From positions 1 to 52,729 of the IMG/VR virus record IMGVR_UViG_3300010299_000005: a stretch of 52,729 nt of DNA, one strand, 5' to 3'. Positions 36,085 to 47,089 of the stretch are shown piece after piece. A program made the position numbers and the translations under genes. The DNA comes from a virus. Its lineage: Duplodnaviria > Caudoviricetes. Numbering within the stretch: position 1 is the stretch's first letter; every line of letters starts with the position of its first letter. The notes beneath the pieces are model-generated. The model saw only the letters and a list, made by a program, of their open reading frames with translations, made no database searches and had not been told where the DNA came from.

Positions 36085-38295
36085 TTATTCGACAACATCT
36101 TCAATTCCGCATATTGCACTTGCATCAATAGATCCATAGATATCACCATACGGTGGCGCATATTGGTTGGATATTGGACCAAATAGACCTAAGCCATCAG
36201 CAAGTGCATTAGCTAGCAAAATATGCATTGTGCCAGTATTGCTTGTCCATAGTGTGTGGCTTGATAGAGTACGAATTAATGTATTGTTGTTATCAGACCA
36301 GTTTATAATCCCGTCCAAATATTCCTCTTGTCTATTATCTAAATATTCGTAAAATTTATAATATTGATCAAAGTAAATTGGGTCAAAATTGTTTGGCAAT
36401 ACTAACCCCCATCCCCAATAATCATTATATGCACTTAGTGGGTATGTGAGGTTTTCGCTATCAATAAAATTAATATTTGCTGAACTTAATATATCAGTAT
36501 TAATTAATTTGTAGGTATCGCTAAAACGCTCATATGCTACGATATTACCTGCACTGCTACCAGCTGTAAGTATCGTAGTTAATACATCAAGCTCATCACC
36601 CTTATTAATGCCATATATATTACTGTGTATATATCCTTTTGAGTCAAAGCTGAGATTAAACTCGTTTTGTTTACCCCAAAGTTTGCTCTGCTTTATACTC
36701 AATATATCCATTAAGCGTGCTAAATCTGCAGGAACAGAGAAATTATAACGCTCAAATTGCTTTGAAAATGCTTGTAGTAATTGAATATGGCTATATAATG
36801 CTTGTATATTACAGCTGTCAATATTTTGTGTATTGTCGACAAAATTATTAATTTTTGATTGTATTCGCTTGCCGATAGAATCGGTTGAAGCAGATACATT
36901 TCCTACTATTGTGCCAAGAAAGTCATCAAAGAATATATCTTTTGTTAAAAGATTTTCTTGAAATCTATAACTCTTGTATGTATTAGCCCAGTCAAAATTC
37001 TCTCCAATTTTTGCAATATCATTATCATTACGCAATACAGAAAACTCATTTGAAACTGCAGACAATGTTTGCTCTCCAAAGACAGAGCTTACAGCAGCCA
37101 CAACAGATAATCTCACACCAGTCTGTGGTACACTAAATGAACAGTACCCTTTATATATGCCCACATCTTCATTTGTAAAAATTTCAAAATTATTTACAAA
37201 GGCTGCGGAAATTACTGTCGAAGTAGATGAGTCAATAGCGCTTAATTGTATTGTGTTCGCAGAAAGAGTTCCTATATTACACAGGCGTTTAAGATTAAAA
37301 CAAAACTTACATGGTGCATCATATTCATCTATTATATTAACAACAAACGGAATGCGTGTATTAACAAACTGTATAGGATTAATTTGCATACTACTTAATC
37401 CAGTACTTGTTATACTTAAACCGGCTGGTGGTGATGCCGTTGTTGTGCAGTAAAAAGTTTGTGCATTTGTTGAATGTACAGAGCGTTGTGAATCTAAATA
37501 TTCAATGTCTATATTGTCATTATCATAAAAGTGTGCGTTGTTAAAAAAAGCAAAAATAGCGGTAGGATTTGTTTGAGTAGGTATATCATCTTTAAAAGAA
37601 CACGTTGCTCTACCAGACGTACCGACAAAAATTGCGCCCTCATCGCTCTCCTGACATAAGTTTATCTCACTATTTGTTAAGCGAGCAAATAAAGTTACGT
37701 TGTCTGTTAGAATTTTATCTGCCGCAACAAATTCTTCTAAACCCGTTCTTGTATTATATTGTAATTGAAAAAATTGACTATACTTTGATAAGTGTCCGTA
37801 TTTTTGCTTATCATACTCTTCTTGTGTAATAAATGGTGCATTATTACCACTAACAGATAATTGAATAGTGTATCCGTTGGCACTAAGTGCGCTGTATGTT
37901 TGCCATGAATTATATCTATATACATCAAATACATTTCTCGCTACAACAGATGTATTGAACTTTAAGTTCGTAGCAGACAATACTATGCTATCACTAATAT
38001 AGTCATATACATTTATGAAGAGGTGTGATGAATTTAAATATGATTTACCTTCACCATCATACAAATACATTGTTACTTTATATCTGCCAGGTAATTTGTA
38101 ATAGTGTGTTGCAGTTACTGCGGTTGATGTTGTACCGTCTCCAAAATCCCAAGAAATGCGATCGTTAGAATATATAGAATTATCTATACGTGGCCTAAAT
38201 GTAAAGGGGCTTATTTCTAATGAATAACCAGACGTCGCAACAACGTTTGCGAAGTTTAGAGAATCAAAATATGTATAATCATACTGTACACTCAT
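36085..38295 (-). CDS. PKD-domain baseplate-associated protein
   Basis: WDFGDGT...HYYKLPGRYKVTM; coupled to the gp6-like gene. Confidence 0.75.
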   Translation of the reverse strand: MSVQYDYTYFDSLNFANVVATSGYSLEISPFTFRPRIDNSIYSNDRISWDFGDGTTSTAVTATHYYKLPGRYKVTMYLYDGEGKSYLNSSHLFINVYDYISDSIVLSATNLKFNTSVVARNVFDVYRYNSWQTYSALSANGYTIQLSVSGNNAPFITQEEYDKQKYGHLSKYSQFFQLQYNTRTGLEEFVAADKILTDNVTLFARLTNSEINLCQESDEGAIFVGTSGRATCSFKDDIPTQTNPTAIFAFFNNAHFYDNDNIDIEYLDSQRSVHSTNAQTFYCTTTASPPAGLSITSTGLSSMQINPIQFVNTRIPFVVNIIDEYDAPCKFCFNLKRLCNIGTLSANTIQLSAIDSSTSTVISAAFVNNFEIFTNEDVGIYKGYCSFSVPQTGVRLSVVAAVSSVFGEQTLSAVSNEFSVLRNDNDIAKIGENFDWANTYKSYRFQENLLTKDIFFDDFLGTIVGNVSASTDSIGKRIQSKINNFVDNTQNIDSCNIQALYSHIQLLQAFSKQFERYNFSVPADLARLMDILSIKQSKLWGKQNEFNLSFDSKGYIHSNIYGINKGDELDVLTTILTAGSSAGNIVAYERFSDTYKLINTDILSSANINFIDSENLTYPLSAYNDYWGWGLVLPNNFDPIYFDQYYKFYEYLDNRQEEYLDGIINWSDNNNTLIRTLSSHTLWTSNTGTMHILLANALADGLGLFGPISNQYAPPYGDIYGSIDASAICGIEDVVE

Positions 38296-40106
38296 GAAAC
38301 TATAATTCTATCATTGAGAGTCTCAAATCCAGCAAAAAATGGAAACTTAAAGTTAGGAAATTTTAAGTTTTGCTGAGTAATAGATATATCTTCCGTATCA
38401 TAGTACGGATTCCACGATACAAAGCTAAAACCACTAACCTCATATACCGTATCTGCAGTTTGTCTAACTGTAGATACGCTCTCCACGCCCGGTATAGCTA
38501 GAACGTTCTTAGTTAATGTTGAAAAATCTAAAGAGCTTCCAAGTGTAATATTACTTATATCAAAAAAGTCTGCAATAGCATTATACACATTTGTTTTTAT
38601 TTGATTAAGAGATATTCTACTATTTGATGAGCGCTTAATGACCAGGTTTGTATTATCGCGAAAACTAACAGCAGCAGTCTCATCTTGCCCTTTGACAGCT
38701 AAATCTAATGCCATATAAACTGGATCGATAATCACCACCTCAATGTTTTGCATTTTTAGATTTTCAAGGCTAGTAACAATCAACTGTTTTAAAGAATCGG
38801 GTATAGAAAGCGGTATATTATTGCTTACAATAAAGTTGCGCGGTACCACAAATATATAAACATTATTAAAATCACACGAATCAGCAAATCTAATTTGACT
38901 AAGTAGAACTCTGCTATCGTCATTAGGACGCTCAATTCCAATATCGTAAAGATATTTAACAACACTGTCTATATATTCAGTATTACTCATAACAGAGATA
39001 TCATGAATTAGATTAGAAAAATTTCGTCTGACATATATATCAAAGTCGTTTGCTGTTACAGCGCGGTTCTGTGCTGCAAAAACTTTAGGTGCATTGGCAC
39101 GTATTTCTTCTACTGTTTCTAATGATCGTGGATTGGTCGATCTGTTGTTATTTGTAATAAGGACGTAGTTTAGATTATCTTGCGATATTAATGGAGTTGT
39201 TGAATAGACATCACTTGAAATTAGGCGAAACTGTGGCGTTGTAAATCTAACAAATTTCGAATTATTAAATGTAAGTGCGCTTACCACACCTCTTGAACCC
39301 GTGCTTTGCAGGTAATATATTGTGATTTGATCTCCTTCATTTAATTTCTTACCCGTAATACCATCGCCAAACTTGAGCTCATATCTACCACCTTCATTCA
39401 AACGCTTTTCAAAAACTTTAGAGTTTGAATTTTGATCAAACAAACTCGGAACAACCTTCCACTCACTCCATACCTCCGTATTAACATTTTTAATAAACAC
39501 AAATATGTTATTATAGTCAATAAATTCATCTGCATTAGTTATAATACTATCCACCGCAATTGTTAATGTTTCAAATTCCTGCCCAAGCGCAGTCTGTAGT
39601 GGATATTCTTTAAATTGCCCTTGATATAATAGATTCTGCTGTCCGATCGACTCAAGTGTCTCAGAAGAAGTAGTTGTTTTTTCAAAATATACATCTGATG
39701 CTAATGAATACGTTATACCGTTTGATATAACGTATGAAAAACGAGGAATAACATAATTATCAACTGCAAGATTTGATTGCGCTTGTGCAGTAAAAGAGAG
39801 TATAGATGTTTGTGATCCGTTAGGATTATAGCCAATTAAATTTACAATTTTATTTAAATTTTCATATAATGTTGCTTGATTAAAATACGCCTCGGACGCT
39901 TGATTGTTGAGATAAAATAATGTTACATGGTACGCATAAGCAATTATATCAATTAAAGACGAAAGATTGCTTCCTTCAAAAGCTTGATCAGTAAAAATAT
40001 TACTTTCTTTTAATCGACTTATAATGAGGCTCTTCATGCTTACAGCATCAAACGCTGCATAAGCATCTTTTGAGAGAGTAAATTCTGTAAAGTTTTCTGC
40101 GGACAT
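38292..40106 (-). CDS. baseplate wedge subunit, T4 gp6-like
   Basis: FEGSNLSSLIDIIAY, LKFGDGITGKKL and ETVEEIRANAPKVFAAQNRAVTANDF. Confidence 0.93.
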   Translation of the reverse strand: MSAENFTEFTLSKDAYAAFDAVSMKSLIISRLKESNIFTDQAFEGSNLSSLIDIIAYAYHVTLFYLNNQASEAYFNQATLYENLNKIVNLIGYNPNGSQTSILSFTAQAQSNLAVDNYVIPRFSYVISNGITYSLASDVYFEKTTTSSETLESIGQQNLLYQGQFKEYPLQTALGQEFETLTIAVDSIITNADEFIDYNNIFVFIKNVNTEVWSEWKVVPSLFDQNSNSKVFEKRLNEGGRYELKFGDGITGKKLNEGDQITIYYLQSTGSRGVVSALTFNNSKFVRFTTPQFRLISSDVYSTTPLISQDNLNYVLITNNNRSTNPRSLETVEEIRANAPKVFAAQNRAVTANDFDIYVRRNFSNLIHDISVMSNTEYIDSVVKYLYDIGIERPNDDSRVLLSQIRFADSCDFNNVYIFVVPRNFIVSNNIPLSIPDSLKQLIVTSLENLKMQNIEVVIIDPVYMALDLAVKGQDETAAVSFRDNTNLVIKRSSNSRISLNQIKTNVYNAIADFFDISNITLGSSLDFSTLTKNVLAIPGVESVSTVRQTADTVYEVSGFSFVSWNPYYDTEDISITQQNLKFPNFKFPFFAGFETLNDRIIVS

Positions 40107-40111
40107 ATTAT

Positions 40112-40582
40112 TTAAAAGACAAGATAACCTTCACTATTCAAATAAAAATTAAGAATATAATCATCTACTTGAAGAAATGGCACGCCTATAACTATATTTA
40201 TCTCATATTGATTGTTATCGATATCTGGAATAACACTTAAAGATACTATAGTGACTCTTGGTTCAAATTTTTTAATATTAGTTTGTATCTTATCTTTAAT
40301 AATAGCCGCAGTAGATGTTGTAGTTGGTAAAAACAAATAATCTCTTATATCCATACCAAACTCTGGATTTAAAATTTTATCACCCGGACTAGTTAAAAAC
40401 AAATTTATAATACTATTACGAATTGCGGCAAGATCATAATCTGCTACAATATCATACTGTTGTGTATTTTTTTGAGCCTCGTTAGTAACTAGATTTTGTG
40501 TAGATAAATCTAGCTGTAAATCTGAAAAAACAAATTTTTCTCCTACCTCCTTTTTAGGAAGAACTAAGTTTACATTTGACAT
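40112..40582 (-). CDS. baseplate wedge subunit, T4 gp25-like
   Basis: AIRNSIINLFLTSPGDKILNPEFG...FEPRV. Confidence 0.93.
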   Translation of the reverse strand: MSNVNLVLPKKEVGEKFVFSDLQLDLSTQNLVTNEAQKNTQQYDIVADYDLAAIRNSIINLFLTSPGDKILNPEFGMDIRDYLFLPTTTSTAAIIKDKIQTNIKKFEPRVTIVSLSVIPDIDNNQYEINIVIGVPFLQVDDYILNFYLNSEGYLVF

Positions 40583-40587
40583 ATTAG

Positions 40588-40613
40588 TATTTATTCACTT
40601 TTCTGAATAAATA
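40588..40613. promoter_or_regulatory. back-to-back T4-like late promoters
   Basis: TATTTATTCA-CTTTTC-TGAATAAATA; each TAAATA lies 5-6 nt from an ATG. Confidence 0.7.
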
Positions 40614-40619
40614 ATATCA

Positions 40620-41186
40620 ATGAATAGCGCATTTAATACTTTACTAGAAAATACACTCTCAAGATTTCAGCGAGGCGGTTTCTTAGTGGGAGATTATGTT
40701 AAGTTTTGTAGCGGATATAGCACAAAAGATAGCTTTAAAGACCTCACAACTTCAATACAAGACGCGGTGAAAGAGGTGGAGAAGATGTCTGAAAATATGA
40801 ATCTTCGAATTATTAATATCAAAAACAAATATCCTTCCTCACAGCCAGGTAATGAAAATAATACTAATGGATGTGTTAGTGTTGATATTGGTCTTGATTA
40901 TGGTGGTGGTAGATATCACTGTGCTCTTACCGTACCTGCCGATATATTAGAACGTATCGACTATGGTATTAACTATGCGCCACTGCCTGACGCTATTAGA
41001 CGTGATAATATGGTAACACTTAAACCAGAGCCACTCAAAAGTGTTTCTGAAGATGAAGAAATGATTATTCAGACTCGCAAAACACAGCAGGGAGGTAAGC
41101 TTGCTAAATCTGATACCACTCTATCTAATAAGAATGTGAAGATTCCTAGCGAGACGGCTAAGTATGTCAAGTACTTTAAGAATTAA
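40620..41186 (+). CDS. hypothetical late protein
   Basis: 188 aa ORF with TAAATA box. Confidence 0.75.
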   Translation: MNSAFNTLLENTLSRFQRGGFLVGDYVKFCSGYSTKDSFKDLTTSIQDAVKEVEKMSENMNLRIINIKNKYPSSQPGNENNTNGCVSVDIGLDYGGGRYHCALTVPADILERIDYGINYAPLPDAIRRDNMVTLKPEPLKSVSEDEEMIIQTRKTQQGGKLAKSDTTLSNKNVKIPSETAKYVKYFKN

Positions 41187-42124
41187 TTCTTAATAGCCTG
41201 AGAGATATTGATCATGCAGTGATATGCATTTATCTCTTGATCTACAGCAAATGCGCACCTGTAAACGTGTTCACCTAATATACAAATTAACAATTGCTTG
41301 ACATTATTATTATAATTCCCCTCATACACACACTGAAGCATATTTTTTAACAAAGCACTATAATTATTAGAAAAATCTTGTTCGTGTGTAATTAAGAATT
41401 TTCGTATTTTAACTACATCTTCTGTTTCGAATAGGAGGTGTAATAGTTTTTGAGCTACACTATATTCAGTATCCGTTATCGATGAACTTTCCAGTACGCC
41501 ATCAACGCAAAATTTTTGCAACGTGTTAATTGTTTTACGTATATCTGGAAAACTAGCACGAACAATAAGCACAAGTTGCTTTTCTTGTTCTTGTGTTTTT
41601 AAAGAGATATTCTCTTGCTTTAATATATAAACGCACCGCTCTAGTATGCTAGAGATACTAGTTTTAAATTGAATATTTTGACAGCGACTCTGAAGTGCAG
41701 GAATTATTTTGTGTAGGTAATTTGCTGTTAGAATAAAGCGGGTATAGCGTGCGTATTCTTCCATAACATTACGCAGTGCACGTTGTCCTTGCTCAGAGAA
41801 ACCATCACATTCGTCTAATAAAACAACCTTTATTTTACCGTCTAAGCTCTTCGTCTGTGCAAACGTATTAATTTTACTACGGACAGTCTCGATACCGTTT
41901 TCATCAGATGCATTAATGTATAATCTTTGACAATTTAAAATGTCGTCACAGATAATACGAGCTAGACACGTCTTACCTATACCAGAATTGCCTGATAGAA
42001 GTATATTGGGTATTTCTTTTGTCTGTGTGTATTGTAGAATTATTTTTCTAGATTCGTCATCAATTACCATTTCTGATAATGTTTTGGGACGATACTTTTC
42101 TATCCAAAGCGAATCAAAATTCAT
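41183..42124 (-). CDS. sliding clamp loader ATPase subunit, T4 gp44 / RFC-like
   Basis: LWIEKYRPKTL, GNSGIGKT, INASDENGIETVR, LLDECD and ALQSRC. Confidence 0.95.
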   Translation of the reverse strand: MNFDSLWIEKYRPKTLSEMVIDDESRKIILQYTQTKEIPNILLSGNSGIGKTCLARIICDDILNCQRLYINASDENGIETVRSKINTFAQTKSLDGKIKVVLLDECDGFSEQGQRALRNVMEEYARYTRFILTANYLHKIIPALQSRCQNIQFKTSISSILERCVYILKQENISLKTQEQEKQLVLIVRASFPDIRKTINTLQKFCVDGVLESSSITDTEYSVAQKLLHLLFETEDVVKIRKFLITHEQDFSNNYSALLKNMLQCVYEGNYNNNVKQLLICILGEHVYRCAFAVDQEINAYHCMINISQAIKN

Positions 42125-42127
42125 AAA

Positions 42128-42598
42128 TTAATTTCCAGAACTACCGAAGCCTCTATCACCTCTCGCAGATGTTACCTGCTCACCTTCTTCGATTACAACT
42201 TTGTAATTCTTGTAAATTACAAATTGTGCAATTCGGTCACCACGTGTTACTGCGTAATCTTTATCAGTAAAATTATACAATTTAATGCCGGCATCACCTC
42301 TATAACCATTATCGATAATTCCGGGGTGAGGAAGAATACCGTGCTTAAATCCTAAACCGCTTCTCCCCTCTACCCTTACCCAATAACCAGGTGTAATATG
42401 AGCGAACTTTAACCCCACACCTACAACAGCAGAACCACGCGCTGGAATCACTTTCGATTCAATACAATAAACATCAAATCCAGTATCAGATTCGTGATTT
42501 TTTGTTGGAAGTATAGCTAATGTATCGGTACGTTCAAATTTTATTACTGCATCTATCTTTACCACTTCATTTATATCTTTATTTTCAAATATATTCAT
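42128..42598 (-). CDS. dut: trimeric dUTPase
   Basis: GFDV, GRSGL, GIIDNGYRGD, GDRIAQ and RGDRGFGSSG. Confidence 0.97.
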   Translation of the reverse strand: MNIFENKDINEVVKIDAVIKFERTDTLAILPTKNHESDTGFDVYCIESKVIPARGSAVVGVGLKFAHITPGYWVRVEGRSGLGFKHGILPHPGIIDNGYRGDAGIKLYNFTDKDYAVTRGDRIAQFVIYKNYKVVIEEGEQVTSARGDRGFGSSGN

Positions 42599-42652
42599 AT
42601 TACAATATATTCTTTCTGTTTAAAACTTCCAGAAAATATATAAATATTATAG

Positions 42653-43123
42653 ATGCAAGATAATACTACAGAAGAGGCTGTAAATAGCATTCTTAGTCAA
42701 TTAAAGGATGTTAATGTCCCTGAGAAAAAAGCTAAGCAGAATAAAGAAAAGATAGACCCTGAAAAACTAGAGCAATTTATTATAGATAAGTCTAGCGATC
42801 TTATTACAAAAAGTCTAGAAGTTTTTGATGAATATAAAGATATATTATCATCCGCGCCATCTGAAGAATCTGCAGAAGCACTCTCCAATTTAATTAATGC
42901 TGCTACCTCTGCTATTGAAACTCTTAATAAAGTACTTGCAGTTAATAAGAAAACAAATACCAGTGTTAAATTAAAAACAATGGATATTGAGTCTAAGCAG
43001 CTGATAAATCAGCGTGACAACATTACCAAATTGGTGATGACACGATCTCAACTAATGGAATTATTAGAGGAGCCAGAGGAAGAAGCAGTGGATGTTGAGG
43101 TAGAAGAGTCAAAAAAAACTTAA
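42653..43123 (+). CDS. possible terminase small subunit (T4 gp16-like)
   Basis: Helical pattern AEALSNLINAATSAIETLNK...LVMTRSQLMELL resembles gp16; pattern only. Confidence 0.4.
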   Translation: MQDNTTEEAVNSILSQLKDVNVPEKKAKQNKEKIDPEKLEQFIIDKSSDLITKSLEVFDEYKDILSSAPSEESAEALSNLINAATSAIETLNKVLAVNKKTNTSVKLKTMDIESKQLINQRDNITKLVMTRSQLMELLEEPEEEAVDVEVEESKKT

Positions 43124-44166
43124 CTGTCAGTGGTAGTCTGCTTTCCAGTCTCAGGATATCTGTTTCTATTTTCTTCATCATCATACTCATAATTGCTCTC
43201 CTTATAGTCGAGGAAATCTTTTATACTCATTTTGTCTGGCTTTGTTGTGGGTACTTTAGGCTTTCCAAATATATTTAGTGTGTGTGTAGCTTTTTCTGAA
43301 TAAACAGTAGTATGCTGATTTACAGCAACAGCTTTATTCATTTCTTCGTCGAGTGGATTATATGTATACTTATAGTCATATAAGCGAAAACAATCACCAA
43401 GAAGATCTTCAATTTGTTTTAATATACTCGCAGCATTTTCAGCTGTTATAAAGTAAGGAAACGTATCAGAGACAAGATATTCTCCGTGAGATGTAAAGCT
43501 CATACCTGTTTTCTGCTTTAAAAGGCTGTCTTCAGTAGATATTCTACCGCTGACAATAGAGGAAACACCTGTATTGGTGACCGCTCTAGTTGCATATGAC
43601 GCAGTAGTTACTAGATTTTGTGCCCCGGTAGATATTTTTGTATACGAGACGTCTGGAACATATCTAGGAGGCGGTATATATTCATTTGTCCATGGTGGCG
43701 CAGCGTTTGGTGTATCTGATTGCTGTATTAGTGCCATCATTGCAATTGCATCAGAAATTGACTCAAAATAATTACAGACAAGTTTAAGCGCGAGCAGCAA
43801 ATTTGAAATTTTACTTGCTAAGGAATCTCCTCCTACCGAGCCACTAGTTGCTGTTCTAAAAGCAAGATCAATTTCCGAAACAATATTATTTTTAAAATTT
43901 TGAGGCAAATTTTCAATACGCCTTACATGGTAGAGTATTGTTTGTGGTTGTAGATCAGCTCCTCGCGTAATTACATCATACATATAATTGCGTAGAGTAG
44001 CCTCTACGTTTGCTGACCCTAAAAATGTTTTATAATCAAATGCAAGTACATACTCGCTACTGAGCTCACTAACTTCCGCACATAAGTTAGTGTTTTTCTG
44101 CATAAATCTTGTGTTAATTAGTGCAGAGGAATCTACAAAATGAGGAATTACGTTAACTGTATACAT
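43120..44166 (-). CDS. hypothetical tail-module protein
   Basis: Coupled to the hub gene (TAATG overlap). Confidence 0.7.
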   Translation of the reverse strand: MYTVNVIPHFVDSSALINTRFMQKNTNLCAEVSELSSEYVLAFDYKTFLGSANVEATLRNYMYDVITRGADLQPQTILYHVRRIENLPQNFKNNIVSEIDLAFRTATSGSVGGDSLASKISNLLLALKLVCNYFESISDAIAMMALIQQSDTPNAAPPWTNEYIPPPRYVPDVSYTKISTGAQNLVTTASYATRAVTNTGVSSIVSGRISTEDSLLKQKTGMSFTSHGEYLVSDTFPYFITAENAASILKQIEDLLGDCFRLYDYKYTYNPLDEEMNKAVAVNQHTTVYSEKATHTLNIFGKPKVPTTKPDKMSIKDFLDYKESNYEYDDEENRNRYPETGKQTTTDS

Positions 44167-45665
44167 TATTTTGTTCTATATGTTTTTACTGCTTCAATTA
44201 TATTAAAATATTGGCTGTCTGAAAATACATGTTTGACACTTGTGACAAACCACCGCCCGAGAATATTATCTGCAACAGTTGTATTAGTTAATGTGGTCTC
44301 TGACGCTATGTCTATAAACTTGCCACTTCTCCTATGTGTTGAGCCGAGAGCTCTAAAAATAATATTGTCTCCACTACTTATAAATAAATCCAAAAGCATA
44401 TTATTTGTTAAAATATTATTTTGATTAATTGGGCCTGTTGATGTCACGACTTTTTGACGTAAATTACTATGACCACTTCTACGACCCGTTTTTTTACGAG
44501 CTGTAGATGGTGCAGATTCTTGGCTTGATTCTTGGCTTGATTCTTTGTTATCAATAAATTGATCCAAATCAATTGATGGAACAACGTTTGTATCATAATT
44601 CTGTAAGGAATCAACATAAAGCTCTTTATATCTATCAAAAACTGCCTGTATGTTGCTGTTACTGGTGCCGAGATATATATTTCTGTCGGCTGCTACGTGT
44701 GTATTGTATACTTGATTGGATATGTTTTTACTAAACTCATTTCCATTGATTGGTGTCAATTTATGATCGATTATAAAACAAAGTTTATCTAGCCCTAAAC
44801 CTAATTTACTTTTTGTATTTCGCTGTCCAGCAATATTGCTATCAAAAATAAAAGTTTCAAGCACGTATTTTTTAGGTTCGTCTTCCTGCTTTTCAAATAT
44901 TTTAGCAAGAGATATATTTGAAAATTTGTGCGTGGTTCTATCAAATTGTATCAAACAATGATCTTCTTTCTCTTCAGATTGATGTTTACTCCACACGTGC
45001 ATTAAATGTTGAAACGAATTTGAATTGCCAGCGCTATTCCAGAGTATTTTATATTTTCCTAAATCAAAATTCTCTACATCAATAATTGTATCCTCTTCAT
45101 CATCGTCTTTTTCAAACGTCTTTTTAATTATTTCTTTTAGAATGACTCCAGTTTGAACGCTTCGCTCTGAATTTGTAAAATCTGTTACATCAACATTTTT
45201 TTCTGCAGCAACAATATCAGACGAGGTAATTTCACACGTTTTTTCAAGCATAAATTGATGATGTATGTCTCGAAAATTCATAACGTTAGATGTTCGATTT
45301 GATGGATCATCCAAATCTTGCAATTCATTTAACGCAAATACAAAATTTAATCCAAAAATTTCTCTTATTTTTTCATTATTGTTATCACTTTCAATATTTC
45401 CAGTTACAGTAGGTAATATTTCTACAATTAATAAATCGTGATTCGTACCCGCGAAATCCAAGCGCTTTTCATCGTCTAATGTAGTTTGTAGACCATCTCG
45501 TGAATTGCTAACAACAATGCTGCCTGTGACAAATGGTATAAAAATATTATCCTCAATTGTTAAGTTTTCAACTGAACTGCTATTCAATTGAATAGCATTA
45601 TCTTTTGTATCTTTGAGTATAATGTCAAATTTAAAATAGCGTGTATCAAATTGCTCTATATTCAT
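44166..45665 (-). CDS. baseplate hub protein, T4 gp27-like
   Basis: LTIEDNIFIPFVTGSIVV at the N-terminus; GSTHRRSGKFIDI...GRWFVTSVKHVF at the C-terminus. Confidence 0.7.
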   Translation of the reverse strand: MNIEQFDTRYFKFDIILKDTKDNAIQLNSSSVENLTIEDNIFIPFVTGSIVVSNSRDGLQTTLDDEKRLDFAGTNHDLLIVEILPTVTGNIESDNNNEKIREIFGLNFVFALNELQDLDDPSNRTSNVMNFRDIHHQFMLEKTCEITSSDIVAAEKNVDVTDFTNSERSVQTGVILKEIIKKTFEKDDDEEDTIIDVENFDLGKYKILWNSAGNSNSFQHLMHVWSKHQSEEKEDHCLIQFDRTTHKFSNISLAKIFEKQEDEPKKYVLETFIFDSNIAGQRNTKSKLGLGLDKLCFIIDHKLTPINGNEFSKNISNQVYNTHVAADRNIYLGTSNSNIQAVFDRYKELYVDSLQNYDTNVVPSIDLDQFIDNKESSQESSQESAPSTARKKTGRRSGHSNLRQKVVTSTGPINQNNILTNNMLLDLFISSGDNIIFRALGSTHRRSGKFIDIASETTLTNTTVADNILGRWFVTSVKHVFSDSQYFNIIEAVKTYRTK

Positions 45666-46024
45666 TGATTAATTGTATTAAGTATTTGCTGCAAGTTGTC
45701 TCTTTTTATAACCATGAAAACAGAATTTGCAGGCGGAATATCAATAGGATTTAAATTATTTAACGATACTATCAACCACCACAGATTTATAGTACCATAC
45801 AATCTATAACTAATCGTAGTCCAAGGCATTGGTGCATCTATATACACATACTCAACATATTCATCACTAACATTTTCGATATCAAAGACAATTTTTTTGC
45901 CTAAATTGTAGTAGAAAAACATATTATCATCCTGTGTTTGATACACATTAAAGATATTCTCGTAAAAATTACCTCTAATTTGAGGAATTTCACTGATATT
46001 AATAGGTTTTTGTGGTACTTGCAT
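45662..46024 (-). CDS. baseplate wedge protein, T4 gp53-like (LysM-like)
   Basis: TISYRLYGTINLWWLIVSLNNLNP. Confidence 0.85.
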   Translation of the reverse strand: MQVPQKPINISEIPQIRGNFYENIFNVYQTQDDNMFFYYNLGKKIVFDIENVSDEYVEYVYIDAPMPWTTISYRLYGTINLWWLIVSLNNLNPIDIPPANSVFMVIKRDNLQQILNTINQ

Positions 46025-46025
46025 A

Positions 46026-47081
46026 TTAAGAGGATTTGTTCCAATTTTCTAACATCATATTTGCAGCATTGATAGTGAGAGATGAAAAGCGCATTTCAAC
46101 ATTATAAGCATCTGGCATAATTGCTGTTATTTGTGGACTTAAACCAACACTGGATGGCATGGGTATGGTGACATTACGCCTATTACCAATAAACTTTACA
46201 CTCATAGACTCTAAATATCCAAAACGTATATAACTCACACCAGGTACATTTATTTCATAAATTTTTGGCAATTCAACAATTGATTTAGTGACACGCTGCG
46301 GTATATTTTGAAACGATAGGAGCCACAGTAATTGATAATTCTTAACTGCTGATTTAAAATTAAGTGTATTGAGGAGTGGGAAAGAAAATGTTATGGTTTG
46401 TTTGCTACTTGCTTGAATATCGTAAAGCTTTGGACGCTCTACATATTGTCCAGGTGATACTAATAATTTTGAAATACTAGATGCAATATCTGTAAATTTT
46501 GATAGCGCACCAATTGGATCTGCAAAATTGCCTAATGGTGCTGATATATCAGAATAAGATGATTGAATATCATTTGTTGCTTTATTATCAAAATATGGCA
46601 ATAGATATTCAAAGCCGGTTGGTTCATCTAATGAATAGAGTCCGTCGTATGGCTTAAGCCAATTATCACTAGAAGAACTCGGCTGCGGTATACTAATATC
46701 ATCACCACTAAAAAACTCTTTTACAGCATCAATTAAATTTTTTAATCTAGTGAATTCTCCCGCTGTATTAAAAAAAGCCGACATATAGTATCCAATAGCT
46801 CTCCAAACCGTACTATCAGGCACTCTATATTCTTTTAAATGCCCGTAAGGAATTAATGATCTATCACTTTCTTGCCATGTTGGATAGGGTGTTGTCGACC
46901 AATCAAATGATCCATACACATCTATTTTTTCAGTTGAAGATGATCTGCTAAGTCTTTTTGCATATACGTTCTTACTACCATATTGTGCACGCCTAGCAGC
47001 GCTGCCCTCATAGCCTGGTCGTGCTGAATAATATTTGTTTCCAGCTATGCTATTGCTATCGCTGATGTAAAAGAGACTCAT
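46026..47081 (-). CDS. tube-baseplate junction protein (gp48-like)
   Basis: Synteny; ITFSFPL...LPKIYEINVPG...MPDAYNVEMRFSSL. Confidence 0.5.
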   Translation of the reverse strand: MSLFYISDSNSIAGNKYYSARPGYEGSAARRAQYGSKNVYAKRLSRSSSTEKIDVYGSFDWSTTPYPTWQESDRSLIPYGHLKEYRVPDSTVWRAIGYYMSAFFNTAGEFTRLKNLIDAVKEFFSGDDISIPQPSSSSDNWLKPYDGLYSLDEPTGFEYLLPYFDNKATNDIQSSYSDISAPLGNFADPIGALSKFTDIASSISKLLVSPGQYVERPKLYDIQASSKQTITFSFPLLNTLNFKSAVKNYQLLWLLSFQNIPQRVTKSIVELPKIYEINVPGVSYIRFGYLESMSVKFIGNRRNVTIPMPSSVGLSPQITAIMPDAYNVEMRFSSLTINAANMMLENWNKSS

Positions 47082-47089
47082 ATATATAT

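Noticed and set aside
44514-44545. 12-bp repeat ESSQESSQES in the hub gene
   Set aside because: It is a short in-frame slippage in a low-complexity loop with no evidence of function.
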